Assembly (NCBI RefSeq): GCF_000143415.4
Contig: NW_003314262.1
Coordinates: 4,586,389-4,650,388 of the forward strand
Direction of reading: 5' to 3'
Source of the DNA: Selaginella moellendorffii
Taxonomy: Eukaryota > Plantae > Lycopodiophyta
Length of the DNA: 64,000 nucleotides
A program made the position numbers and the translations under genes. Shown here one piece after another: positions 30,826-44,447 of the stretch. The notes under the pieces were generated by a model. That model saw only the letters and a list, made by a program, of their open reading frames with translations. It was not told the origin of the DNA and did not search any database. Numbering within the stretch: position 1 is the first letter of the stretch; each line of letters opens with the position of its first letter.

Positions 30826-33757
30826 ATGAGTTTTAGTGCTATACAAAGTTCTAGCGGCTTCTTCACGCAAGACAACAAGATCAAGTATTTTCACTCCGGT
30901 AGACGCTCCAAGGCTCTGAATGTGGGCTCTTTCACCCAATTCTCAGCAGGTAGCTCTATTTTCTTGTGTGGCTTTTGTCGTCACAAGCTTGTTATTGTTT
31001 CAGGCCTTGTGCTGAGAGCTGGACTAGAAGTTCATGGTACTCTCAGCATTCAGTCCCATCCGTCAAGCAAAGAGGTGCCCAGGCTTTTCTTCTTCTGATC
31101 TGCTAGAGGTTTTTCCTTGATTGCAGAGCACGATNNNNNNNNNNNNNNNNNNNNNNNNNNNNNNNNNNNNNNNNNNNNNNNNNNNNNNNNNNNNNNNNNN
31201 NNNNNNNNNNNNNNNNNNNNNNNNNNNNNNNNNNAGAACTTGGACCCCAGTTTCCTCGGAGCTTGGAATGGATCGTTCACAACCAGTGCGAGGATGGGTC
31301 CTGGGATCAAGGAGAAGAAGATGTTCAACGGGTTTGCAGCACACTATCGTGTGTCACTGCTCTGAAAACATGGAACCGAGGGGAGTGTAGCATCCAAAGA
31401 GGTAAGCTCTTTCCCCTCTGGCATCTGTGAGAAAGAGAAACAGCGTTCTTCGTGCAGGTGTAAGCTTTTTAATGTCTCGGCTGCCACTAGTTCACAATAA
31501 ACTTACAAAAGACATGAAAGCCATCTTGCATAGATTATTACAAGAGGGCAAATCATTGGATTTGGAGCTGAATTATGACGAATCTTTTGTTCAACATATT
31601 TGTGAACAGGGTCAGGAATTTCTTCAGAGGTAACTCCAAAGCTCTTGAGGTTCTTAAACAACAGTAACTTTTGTCATGATAATCAGGGTATCAAATGACG
31701 CGTTGGAGCAGTATCCGACCTCTTTCGTGCATATGCTTGAAGCGTTTCATGACCGTCCAAAGTGGCAACGTCTTCTCAGATATCAAAGTAGCAGTGGATC
31801 TTTATTCTCTGTAACACTGACGGCGTGCGCGTACATGCACACTGGAGACAGAAAGTGCCTTCGTTTCCTAAACGGTCTTCTTGAGGGCCCATTGACCAAA
31901 CCAAACAAGAACTTGAGTCAGCTGCTGCGACTTATAGACTGGCTTGAGCATCTGGGAATCGAAAGGTTCTTTGAGAAAGACATCGAGCAAACATTGATTC
32001 AAGCTTTCAGGTAAACTTCTTATCACTCGGAAAGTTTAGTAACTTGTGAACAGATTTTGGAGGGGAAATGCCGCAGGTAGCGGAAGGCAACAACATCTAA
32101 AAAGCTTTGAAGATTCTGCTCTTTTGTTCCGGATTCTTCGTCGTCATGGCTACGAAGTCTCCCCAGGTAGAGTGAAGTGAAGATTTTTATATCATAGTGG
32201 CAGTAAAACAAGGATTTTCATGTGGCAGACGTGCTACATCAACGAACATTCTGCGAGACACGCGATTTAAAGGAGCTGTCTTTGGCATCACATTTTCTCT
32301 TTCCTAGTGAAAGCAGAAAAATGCTAGACTCGATTCCAATCATTGATGTCGCGAACCAAGAGGTTTACCTTTACTACAGTCCGATGTTCTTTCGCAAATG
32401 TTTTCTTTACAGACGACGTTTCCATGGTATAGTATACCGCATCGGGTCCAGCACATTGAGTACATGACTAAATTTATGGCAAGTATGGATTCCATAAGCA
32501 TGAGGTATGCGACAGCTTCCCGTAAATTAGAAGAGGTTTCTAAAATTTCTATTCAAAATTTTCCAGTGAACGTGCTTCGTTACTGGCCTTCACAAAGTTC
32601 GACTTCAATGCTTGCCAGAAGATCTATCAGTCGGATTTGCAGCGCGTTATGAGGTAGCTGTGTTCGATGTTTTGCTTCTTTCCTATATAGCTTTTGAAAC
32701 GCAGGTGGAACGGAGAGTGCGACTTCGGACGTCTGGGTTTTGCCCGACAGAAAGAAGTGTTCTGTTTCTTTACCGCCGCTGCAACCATGTTCCAGCCGGA
32801 ACTCTCGATGGCTCGCATTGTCTGGGCACAGATGAGTGTTCTTACGACAGTCATTGATGACTTTATGGACACGCACGATTCTCTTGACAATTTGAGGAAC
32901 TTTTGCACTGCCGTGAAAAGGTACTACACATCTAAAGACTTTTCAGTATGTATAGTTTTTGTGTCTTGTGCTATCACACAGATGGGATCCGTCCGCCTTG
33001 GAGCTGAACGAAGCCGCTAGGATTATTTTTCAAGGATTGTTTAAGACGGTTACATGGACAGCCGAGTGTGCTTCCGCTGTACAAGGCAGAGATATGACGG
33101 CTAACTTACGAGCTCAAGTAAGTACCTCTTGGCACCTCTAGAACACAGCCTTTCTAATTGGTTTTATCAGTGGGAAAGACTTTGCGATGCGTTTTTTCGC
33201 GAGGCAGAATGGAGGTTGACGAATCACTGTCCCAGCCTCGAGGAGTACATGGAAAACGGAATCACGTCCTTCGCGCTGGAACCCATCATCTTATCTGCAA
33301 TCCTTTTCCTGGACGGGAAAGTTGAGTCGTCGGTTCTCGACCATCCGGACTGCATCAACATGTACGTGAGGGTCTCAACGATTGGGAGGCTGCTCAACGA
33401 CATCCAAGGCTTTCACGTAAGCTTTCATCTTCTTATTTTTGGATGTTTACCCGAGATCTTTCCCATTCCAGCGCGAGAGCAGCGGGGGGGAATTCTCGTG
33501 GATTGCAATCTACATGAAGGAACACCCGGGAACGAGTGTTGAGGACGCTGTGGTGGAGATAAGAAAGATTCTGAATGCGACGATGGAGGAGCTGGTTGAG
33601 GACGTGCTCCGGCCCAGAGCAGTGCCCAAGAGATGCAAGCGCGTGTTTGAGAACACGATGAGAATTCTCAACTTTGTCTACCACAAGGGCGATGGATTCA
33701 GCACGGACGAGCTACGAGGCCACGTCAAGCAAGTTCTTTACGTGAAACTGGAATAAT
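30826..33757 (+). CDS. Terpene synthase copy 1, class I diterpene-synthase-like (gamma-beta-alpha), multi-exon
   Basis: Motifs PQFP.SLEWIVHNQCEDGSW, LEHLGIERFF, DDFMD (DDxxD) and RLLNDIQGFHRE (NSE/DTE). The DxDD position reads SFED. Includes the gap at 31135-31234; the start codon is inferred. Confidence 0.85.
31135..31234. other. Assembly gap (N run)
   Basis: Run of n characters. Confidence 1.
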
Positions 33758-36700
33758 CTTTAACTGGCTGGGCTAAGTAGAAACAATCATTTAAAGATGT
33801 TAGAAATAATGTTTAAACTGTGCAATTATTTGGCAAATCTATCTTGAAGGACACAATATGGTACTTCAGCGTGAAGGCTGGGGGATGCGATGGAGCCACA
33901 GGTGTCAAGACGCTACTCCCTACGTTCCCATGTGGAAAAGGGTAGTGGAATCACCATGGATGGGCAACCTTGGTTAGCTTCATCCGCAACATGCTCTCCT
34001 GGATACTAGCTAACGACGGCACGGAACAAAGGTAAGTCTAACTGCTGAAATGCTGCCTTGTACTTGTGAGTATGTTCAGCTCGGCTTGCGGTAGCCTGGC
34101 CCTGGGCACACTCCCACTCTGGAGGGTGACCAGTCTGTCAAGCTCCTTAGACTGACCACATGTCACTCAAGGACACATGGATGCCACATGGCTACCATAT
34201 GGCACTTTTAACTTCCCAATGGCTCGGCTACTTGGTGGAGCACTTAGTTCGGACAAGGGACCACTATCCACTTCCTAGCCAGACTAGAGATTAGCCTTGA
34301 TTTGACAGACTAAGTGTTGAGCACCCAGCTCCATAAAGGGGTAGCTGTGGCCAAGGCTCACCCTCACACTTGCACTCGCCCGCGAATCCACTTAAGTGGT
34401 TGCCCATTTAGCCTTCTTTCACGTTGGGTCAGGATGACACCCAACCTACCTCACACTGTGAAGACTAAGTGGCCAGCCCAAGGCTGGGCACATGCATCAC
34501 ATTGATTAGCCCGAGAGTCCTATGCAGGCAAAGACATTATTACACCCTTAATGGGACTAATTTGTTGCCAACACCTAAGTGTAGAGGCTCCCTCTTGGGA
34601 AGGTGGACTTACCATGCCAACAAGCCTCAAAGTCTTGCCTTGGCATTTGGCACTCAACCTAGAGCTCCATCCCTAGCTTGGAAGAATCACGATGCTCCAA
34701 ATCTAGGCAAGATTTGGACACGTGTATATAACAATATGTACAATCTCATTTTGCTTAGCATTCAATTCTATATATAATATAATAATTTGGTAGTCAAATC
34801 TTGAACCTGAATCATAATCAGTCCAGTTTAAGTGGTTTATCATGTTAAAATTAAATGTTTAAATAAAGCTATATTTTCTTTTGTGTAATTCTCATCAATT
34901 TGATCATAAAAAAAATTGCTGCGCATTGTGTTGCAGCAACATTTGGTTTGTTTTTGTTTTTAAATATTTTTTGTTACGAACCATCCTCGGCCCATATTTT
35001 GCCACATGGCCCTTACATTTGTTCCTATATAATTTGTTCAAATTCAAGTCCTGGCTCAAATTTTTGATTGCCATGGTGATTTTGACCATGGCTTTTCCAA
35101 CCCTTTCGTCAAGAGCACTACAAGAGCATACACGGCTTCAAGCATTTAATTCAAACAAATTAACAATAAATCTGAAATTTGGAATTGCTCATGGCTCAAG
35201 CTCTTTCAAGTTTATTTCCTTACGCACTTACTGCAAGATAGGGTTTAGCATCTAATACAGAAAACAATACACCACATCCTTCACCCAGCTTCTCTGAAGT
35301 CCTTAAAAGGAACTCTCTATCCAGATGCACAATGATCATTTTCCTGGATTCTAGTGTTAGGTGTACAATGTTAAAGTGGTAGATTACTTGAGATGGGCTT
35401 TTAGAGGTAATTTGTGTTTCTCGCGTATTAGTTCTCTTGTGAATTTCAGGTTGCTATGCAATGCTATCAGCAGCAATCAAGAGGACACGGAATTGCTAGT
35501 TTGTGTGTTTTGAAATCTAGAAATTGTTAAAAGAAGCACTAGAAGATTTCACGAATAGATATTTGTATTATAAAGAAAGCAATTGAAAAATAGACAAGAG
35601 ACAAGTGTATTTATTTCTGGTTGTTGGCAATTTCTATGGCTGAATTTTTTGGTGTCTCAAAATGGACAATAATATTTGCCTCATTCAATAGAAAGAACCT
35701 TGTTGGTTTTGAAGACATATAAATGGCAATTTTTTTTAGAGACTCAATAGCAAACTTGACCATAAACCCTTCATCCAAATTATAAATTTTATCCACCATT
35801 TTATCACACACTGTAACTCGATATTTCATCATGTCATTTGATATAATAGAATCAGTTATTGTAGTTGATTTACAAGGGATGGAACACCTTTTACACTTTG
35901 CACAAACAACAAAACCATCTTCTCTCTCCTCTAACATTATGAAAGAGCAAAATGAGCAAAGACTTTCAACTTGACTGAGGCTTTGTTAGTTGTCAGGGAT
36001 GAAATATCCATTAATCTGTATAATTAGAAGTTAGAGTTGAAAGGAGATATAAACAACTTACATTACCTTGTCTTTAGAAGTGAGGCCATGGTGTGTTTTA
36101 TGAACTTCATTGAACCTTTGAATTTCGTTTGAATCAACTAGTGGCAAAAATAAAGTACTTCCAGGTGTTGCTAAATCACCTGATATACTCATGCTTTTCA
36201 TAATATTAAAAAAAAAACTTTGACATGTATCCAGCATATAAATCTGCTACAATATGATGATACTGCTCTTCATGCTCCAAATGCATATAGACCTGTGAAA
36301 ATATCTTAGAAATAGAAAATTAAATAGTAAAAAACATTACGTCCAAAGGATTATCAGAAGAAGCAATCCTTATTTTAGGAAAAACACTAGTGTTGATTAC
36401 AATAGCATGTATACCTAGGCAAAAAGAAAATCAAAACTACAGAAAAAAAAAAAAGGATTTCAAAACCATATGTAGATAAAATCTTCAGCTCAAGAATCTT
36501 GGTTGAATTTTCTTTTTCAAAGACAAGTGATTTAGGATGGTCAACTTTGTTCTCTTTGCTTGTGAAACTAGAAAAGATAAATCAAGAAATACTAAAGAAT
36601 AAAGAGAAAAACCAAACCTTCATAAGAATTTGTTTCTGTTGACAAATCCTCAATGGGTGACAACTGAACAATATCCATAGCACAACCCAAATCTGACATA

Positions 36701-38960
36701 TCTATGAGATTGATTAAACAGAATTACCTCTAGTTAATTTATACTAGAAAAAAGAGCCAAAAATAAACTAGACTTCACTTTTAAGAATCGAAAACAAAAA
36801 AGAATAAAAATTAAAATCTGTCAACTTGCCAAACTTAGGGTTAGGGCAGACAATAAACCAATTCCACAGGTGACAAACCTTTTCAACCTTTTCAACCTTT
36901 TCGTGCACTCGTTGTAAACATCCTCCAAGCTGAAGCTAGAAGCAGTCTGACTCCACTCCTTGGCTGCTACAATCTCCCTTCGTCCATCGCTTTAAAAAAG
37001 AGGAAGGAATAGGAATAGAAAGATTGTCGTTTGTTCACGTGTCCAAGTCAAAGCCCAGCATTTATGTCATGGTTTCCTCCAAAACTCAAGGTTCAGTCAC
37101 CATCCATCAATTGAGCCTCAATTTGCTCTTCCCAACGACTCCTCTTTCAAAGTACTCTCCCTCCTCCCCCACTGCCCACTCGCATAATAGGGAGCCATAT
37201 GGAGGAAGATCTAAGCTCCATCCATGGATGTGTTCCAGATTGATTAATTGATTCTGGGCAATCAATCAGTACTGCCATGGTTGGTTTTTGATCCTGGATC
37301 GTGGCTCTCAGCTCAAACCTCTAGGGAGAGGCAATCCTCAATCAATTCAATAGTCCAAATATGATTTTTTTGATGCTTCCCAAGGACAAGAGCAATCCAT
37401 TGGAGCCAGTGGAGAATGCGGTGGCCGGGAACGATGATAGCATTGTGATTGATCTCAAGGGGGCCCTGCTCAAATCCCCGAGCTGGTTTCAATACTTCAT
37501 GCTTGTCGCAATTGAGGCTGGGAGCCCCCTATGAGTGCTCCTCCTCTTTTTCATTCTTCCCTTCACATGGATCATTGGCTGCCTCGTCCATCCAGCCCTG
37601 GAGCTCCAGATTCTCTACTTCATGGCAGTGGCTGGATTGAGGTCCTCGGCAGTGGAACTTTGAGAGCTCCCTTGCAATTGCCATTCTGGACATAGAACCC
37701 AACTAATGCATTGTACATTACATGGTTTCTTTGGCTCATGCTCCAAAACCACACATTGATGATACAAAGTGGTTAGAAAAATTTATAAATTAACCACTGT
37801 TGGATAATAGAATATCCTAGAATATCCAAGCATATTTTAAGTATATTCATTACCATCCCAATCCACAGGTTTGCTTAAGCAAACCAAAAATCATATAATA
37901 GAACTATAAAATCTATAATATTGCAAAAGGATATTTTGTAATAATAGAAATGATTTTTTTTCATAAATTATCTTAATGAAAATTGAGGTAGAATGTTAGA
38001 CCTAATGAATATGCAAGGATGTAAGTTCTATTGGGAAAATAGATATAATACTTTATAAGATCTATAACTATATATACATATATACATGTATTACCATTTT
38101 TGGGTAATATGCTAGTTATAGTAGTATAGTATATGGACATTCTCCAAGGGTCAATTAACATATTTATTCCCATATCCTTCCAATGTCATGCTATCATCAA
38201 TTAAGTATCATCTAACATTATTTATATAGTTTTATCCTCTTTAAATTGACTTTCCCCCCTCTTTTCTCCTCTTTCCTTTCCTTTCATTTCCTCTCCTCTC
38301 CTCTTTCTTCCTCTGAGACATGATTACATGACTTTTTCTATTCTTAGTGTTTTACCATATTTTGTTGATATGGCGTATGATCATAATATAAATTGGAGAG
38401 TTATAAATGATTTAGTCTAGTTCTTGGAGGGTGTTAAAAAAATTGGGAAGACAATATTTACAAATTTGAATGAATTTTTACTGATAAGAAATTTGATTGT
38501 TTTAGAGATAGGTATGAAAAGAAATTCTCAACCTTTTCTTATTTTTCAGCCTTTGATATCTTCTGAAATTTTTAGTGTTTTTCCTCATTTACAACATTTC
38601 CTTTTCTTGGCACATTGATTATTTGTGATTTTTATGATTTTTATTCTTAATCTAATATTGAGTTGAGTGTTTTCCATTTTCCTTGTACTAATCTAGATGT
38701 TAAGTATGTGTATGAAGCATTCTTCCTCAATTTTTCATACTTTTTCCTCTTTATCTTAACACTTCAAACTTTTTTTTTTCTTTAGAGGGGGTATAGAGGA
38801 CAAATAGGAGTCTTGCCCCAATGATGGAGTAAGGAAGTGGAGTGAGGACAAATGAATGAATTATGGGATGAGCATAATGAGTTTGAATGCAACATTTAAT
38901 CTTGATATAGGGAAGCCAACAAATATGATAGTGGAGTAAAGTTAAATATACAAAGTGAGA

Positions 38961-39823
38961 CGTAAGTGATTAAATTTTCCATTCTACTTTAGTCACTTAA
39001 TCACACTTTTGATTATTTTGAAGAGTTTAACTCACAACTTCTATAAGTCCTATTTTCAACTTGGGGACTCAAGATTTTATATTTTTTTCCATGATGGAAC
39101 ATCATGTTTATGGTACCCACAGTGCATAGTTATGTTTATTATGGGATTGGATACATAAAGCACTTAGACCAAGTGTAAAGACTAAGTGGTGTAAATGTCA
39201 TTCAAAGGGCTAGTAACCATTGACATCTCGACCCATTATATTAAAGCCATATCCATTTACCCTTATTTCATTGATAATCCAAAACCACCTGTATCTCTCA
39301 AAGATTGAGCCACATATCCATGAGTGGTCATCCTAAGACCACATTTTAGCATCTTTAGGATGCCTAGAGACATAAGGAACATTTTTCCCCAACATCTCTT
39401 CTTTAATCTCTACCAAGTCCCTCTCCATCCATAGTTGTGCTTGCTAACACTAATACTAGGTTAGGCCCTTCTTAAACTCCATCTTAGATTCCTTCTTGGA
39501 CTCTATCTTAGAGGCCTTCTCAAACTCTTTTTTGGACTCCTTCTCAAACTCCATTTTGGATTCAGTCCTAACACTTTTATGTGTCATGACACTTGTTATG
39601 TGTCAATCTTTCTTATGTCCCTTTCTAGAGACTCATTCACCAATCATTTCATGCTCATTCCTTAAGCACATCATTTGGAGTTTCACTCTTGCTCTCGCCC
39701 TTCTAAGTTGGAACTTTTGAGTTTTTGGTCTCAATGTGTTACACTCGTTGGACGTTCATTTCAACCACTACTATATGGGACACTTTCGGCTCCACTTTGG
39801 GGCTTAGAGATTTGTATTTCATA
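38961..39823 (-). mobile_element. Degenerate solo LTR of the 7257-8974 family
   Basis: Starts ..TAAATTTTCCATTCTACTTTAGTCACTTAA and ends ..CTCCACTTTGGGGCTTAGAGATTTGTATTTCATA, like the two ends of 7257-8974. Confidence 0.75.
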
Positions 39824-41344
39824 TAAGGATGAATATAACAAGTTTAAATAAAACTTTTCTATATGTGTTTACTTGGAACATACTATTAGGTCTTTGGGAG
39901 CAAATGGAGGATGCTTCTTGATAATATAAAAAGATTTTGTTATATTATAATCGGTACATTTTTATATATAACACACTATATGTAAACGTTGCAAAAATAT
40001 TGGTATGTATGCTTGTCACATAAAGTCCATGCAAAACTATTGTCACATAAAATCCACTCTATATACCATCTCCCATTCAACACTTGCCAAAGAGAGGTGA
40101 CTATACCTCAGCTTATACGTAAATTGTTCCAGGTCATAGTAATGGTCCTCAACCTTTATGTTGGAGGAGTAAGTCATTGCTTTAGGAAGGTGGTACTTGC
40201 CCATACTTCCAATAAAGACCTGGATACAAACCCACTACTTGGTGCCAAAGAACTCCATGCCCATTGTGAAATGATGAAGCATATGCAACTCTAGGGTAGT
40301 ATCACCATCACTACAGCCTTGAAGAATGTCCTCACATGTCATGACCTCTGAAATGCAAACACATAACCACTCCTCACTAGTAAAACACTCATCTCCACAC
40401 TGAAAATCTGAGAGAGATTTATAAGAGGTCCAGCGAGTTTAAAACATATGTTAAAGTGTGAAGTCAAATATCTCTTCTATAATGTTGTGTACAGTGTGTA
40501 GTGTAGTGGACATTGCATAGTGTAGAAAGCCTGCACACAAACCATTGGTGACCACCTTTGTGTCTACACAGAGAATGCAATGCACAATGGCGAGCTCAAG
40601 GGTGTCTTGGTACCATGCACCAACCTTCACCATTACAAACATCAATATCTATCCTTGTAGAGCTTCATTTCACATCACCAATCAAGGTGTGCTAGCCATT
40701 TGGATCACCTTCTGCTATAGTCCACATGGCATTCAGTGGCTCTCACACATGTGGGGCATAGACGCAAAAATCCTTCTCAAATGCCACCTACTACTGCGTA
40801 TTGAAGTGGTGCATCCTTTCACTCGTTGCACACTATATGGAGCAATACAACTATCCATAGGCAGTAAAGTTGCATCTTCATTGTGAGGATCTAGAACATT
40901 AGTATTCCAACTATATAAACCTAAGCTAACATCACACCCCTTTCTGAAAAAAGTCTGTTGGTCTTTAGCAGTCACTAGAATAGGGTGCATAGCTGGTGGA
41001 ACTGCTCCTGATCAACCCAGAGCCTCAAGTGGTATCTGGTGACCTTATGCTCCTTCAGCCAGATACAGTGGTAGCAGTGGACTTCATCACTCTTGGTATG
41101 CTTCCGGATTTGTTTGAAGGGATTTGTCGTTTGACACCTGGCAAAGTAGAAGAGCTCATGATGGTCCTACATGAAGCTTCAGCTCTGAGACGTGGAAAAC
41201 GTCATGTAGCTGTGAAGAGCTGGGAAATTGCAATTGGTAAGCAACTTCATTGACTTGAGCCAACATGTCAAAGGGTCCAAAGAACTTTGGATGCAACTTC
41301 TAATGAGCTGAAGCCTGATGTCCCAAAGTATGCTGCTCTGGACG

Positions 41345-43014
41345 GAATGGAAGCCATCTTGCATAGACTACTACAAGAGGGCAAATCACTGAACGTGGAG
41401 CTGAAATTATGATGAATCTTTTGTTCAGTCAAGAATTTCTTCTGAGGTAACTTCAAAGCTCTGGAGGTTCTTAAACAGCTTTTGCTGATAACCAGCGTAG
41501 CAAATGACGCGTTGGAGCAGTATCCGACTTCTTTCGTCCATGTACTTGAAGCGTTTCATGACTGTCCAAAGTGGCAACATCTTCTCAGATATGAAAGTAG
41601 CAGCGGATCTTTATTCCCTGTCACGCTGACAGCATGCGGTTACATGCACAGCGGAGACAGAAAGTGCCTTCGTGTTCTTGAGGGCCTATTGACAAAGCCA
41701 AACACCGCTTAAGTCAGCTGCTGCTGTAGACTGGCTTTAGCATCTGGGATTCGAAAAACTTCTTTGTCACTCGGATAGTTCAGATAATGGAGAGAAAATG
41801 CAGTCAGAAACATCTAGAAATCTTTGACTGCTCTTTTTGTTCCGGATTCTTCGTCATCATGGTTACGAAGTCTCTCCAGGTCGCCTAGAGTGAAGCTTTT
41901 TATACCATAGTTTTAACAGGAAGACAAGGATTTTCATGTGGTAGACGTACGGCATCAGGAGCTATCTTTCGTATCACATTTTCTCTTTTCTACTGAAAGC
42001 AGAAAATGCTAGACTCGACTCCTTATTCTCGCAAACGAAGAGGTTTGCCTTTCCTATTCCGATGTTGTTTTGCTAACATTTTATTTACAGACGACGTTTC
42101 CATGGTATGAGGTACATATGCTATAACTTCCAGTGAAACTTCCTATTAAAAATTTTCCAGTGAACGTACTGGCCATCACAAAGTCCGACTTCAATGCTTG
42201 CCAGAAGATATATCAGAAGGATTTGCAGCGTTTTATGAGGTAGCTGATATTTTGCCTCTCGCTTATCCAGCGCGTGAAACGCATGTGGAACGAAGAGTGC
42301 GACTTTGAACGTCTGGGTTTTGCCCAACACAAAGACGTGTTTTGCTTTTGTACTGCTGCTGCAACCATGTTCCAGCCGGAACTCTCGATGGCTCGCACTG
42401 TCCGGGCACAGACGAGTGTTCTTACGACAGTCATTGACGACTTTATGGACACGCACCATACTCTCAACAATAATTTTAGCAGGCCATAGAATATTTTCGT
42501 CGTTCACAGTGCAAAAGTTTCCGAATGTGCTTGGTTTAGAAACACCGAAGATCATGGAATGACCCCGATGCGTTTTTTTGCGAGGTAGAATGGCCAGCCT
42601 CGAAGAGTACATGGAAAACGAAATCATGTCTTTCACGCTGGATCTTATCTGCTTTCTTTTTCCTGGTTGAGAAAGTTGAGTCGTTGGTTCTAGAAGATGA
42701 ATGTACCAGAGGACCTCCACGACTGGGAGGCTGCACAACGACATCCAAGGCTTTCATGTAAGGTTTTATCTTCTCGTTTTGGATGTTTAACCGAGCGAGA
42801 TCTTTCACCATTTCCATTTACACGAAGGAACAACAGGGAAGGACGCGGTGGTGGAGATGAGAAAGATTTTAATGGTCCAGAGTAGACTAGTGCCCAAGAG
42901 ATGCCAGAGAACGTCATGAAAATTCTCAACTGTGTGTAAAGTAAAGGCGATGGATACAGCACGGACGAGCTACGAGGCCACGTCAAGAAAGTTCTTCATG
43001 CCAAATTAGAATAA
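41345..43014 (+). pseudogene. Terpene synthase copy 2 (5'-truncated pseudogene)
   Basis: Colinear with copies 1 and 3 from MEAILHRLLQEGKSL to ..KLE*. Many deletions and frameshifts; DDFMD is retained. Confidence 0.88.
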
Positions 43015-43037
43015 TTTATAATATTCTGCCACAAGCT

Positions 43038-44447
43038 TTAGAATTGCCGGAGGAGACCACGGCCAGCTTGTCGCTAAAGAAGTGAACAACTTTGTGGTTT
43101 CTCATTACCTTTTCTATATACCAACTATCTCATGTTATATGAGATTCCATTTTAAGAAATACAAGTAAATAATCAATGAGATATTGTGAAGTTAACTTGT
43201 TGTCCTTTGATTATGATGCTAGATTGTCTACATTGATGTGTGTTTTATATTTCTTGCAAAGGTATTTATTACAAAGAACAACCCATCTATTGTCAATGGT
43301 ACAACCATCTTTTATGAAAGTGCATTTGTTATTAAGCTGGTAGTAATTAAGATAACCATCAACACAATAAATTGTTTCAATATTAAATTCTTTTGGATAA
43401 TTCTTAGAGTATTCATTTTTTACTTTTCATGCAAGGGCTTCTGGGATTTAAATTACCACATGGACTATGTATTATATGATTTATAATTATGTTATACAAT
43501 TTGGGTTCTAGCAATGGGTATAGCAATTGTGCAGTAATAAATTTGTTAACTGAGTCACAATTTTTTATTTTATCTTCGCTTTATAACATTGCTAAGAAAT
43601 GATAATGAGGCAAACTTTATTTTTCGAATTCAATAACATAAACATATGCAATGCACTCCCAAAACTTTCTTTGATGCTTATATCATGTAAGAATTATTTA
43701 AGTTTTAAGTTGAAAACTCTTGAAATAAGATCAAGTTGATCCTTAAGTGATTCATTTAACTGTAAGTTTTGCCAATTTTAGACCATTTTGGATTGCATGT
43801 AAATGTAATGAATAAATTAGCTTTCCAAAATATGTGATAATAACAATATCATCTTGATAATGTTGCTGTATTCCTTGTGGGCTATCATGAAATGTAAAAT
43901 AATTTTTCCAAGTTTAACATTATTAATAGGAACTCTATTGCTTACATAGTCTATAAGACTTGTGTAGTAATCCATTTTTAAGTGTTTTTTATAAGTTAAA
44001 AAAATAAAGATTGTTAGATTCAACCCTTTACAATCCTTTGTATTAGGCCATCAGTATGCCAAAATAACATTAAATCATTTGCATATGTACACATTTGTAT
44101 GTACATTGGATGTATGCAATGTACATTGCAAATGATGTACATTGCATACAATCCATCAATCATAAATTGTTGAGTGAGCTTATCAGGATGTAATAATTGA
44201 ACATAAAGAAAAGAATTGCTAATGCTATCTTGTTGAAATAATAAATATATATAGTACTGAAGTAGTGTTATATGTGCATTTTGTCATACTAACCTTTATC
44301 AGCAAATGGTAAAAGTAAAGGATAAACTATAGGATCATAATTTTCATTAAAAATAGAGAGACATTTCAGCTATATAGGCATATTTCTCTGTTAAGAGACG
44401 TCTCTATATAGATAAAGTGATAAAGAGGAGGCTCATTAGCCATTAGA
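43038..44447 (-). mobile_element. Helitron deletion derivative (Rep remnant)
   Basis: 5' end A|TCTAATGGCTAATGAGCC at 44447. Minus-strand Rep motifs KHLKMDYY..LGKIIL, LFITFTCNPKW and VYVIEF..LPHYH (HUH). The 3' end near 43038 resembles the end at 56525. Confidence 0.72.

Noticed and set aside
31135-33757. TPS copies as bifunctional or class II (CPS) enzymes
   Set aside because: The DxDD motif is replaced by SFED/SFKD.
33780-34740. GC-richer segment after TPS copy 1 with CCACATGG-like repeats
   Set aside because: Possibly a non-autonomous TE, but I could not identify TIRs, LTRs or a TSD.
39989-41330. Short ORFs upstream of TPS copy 2
   Set aside because: No recognisable motifs; probably decayed TE or gene fragments that I cannot assign.
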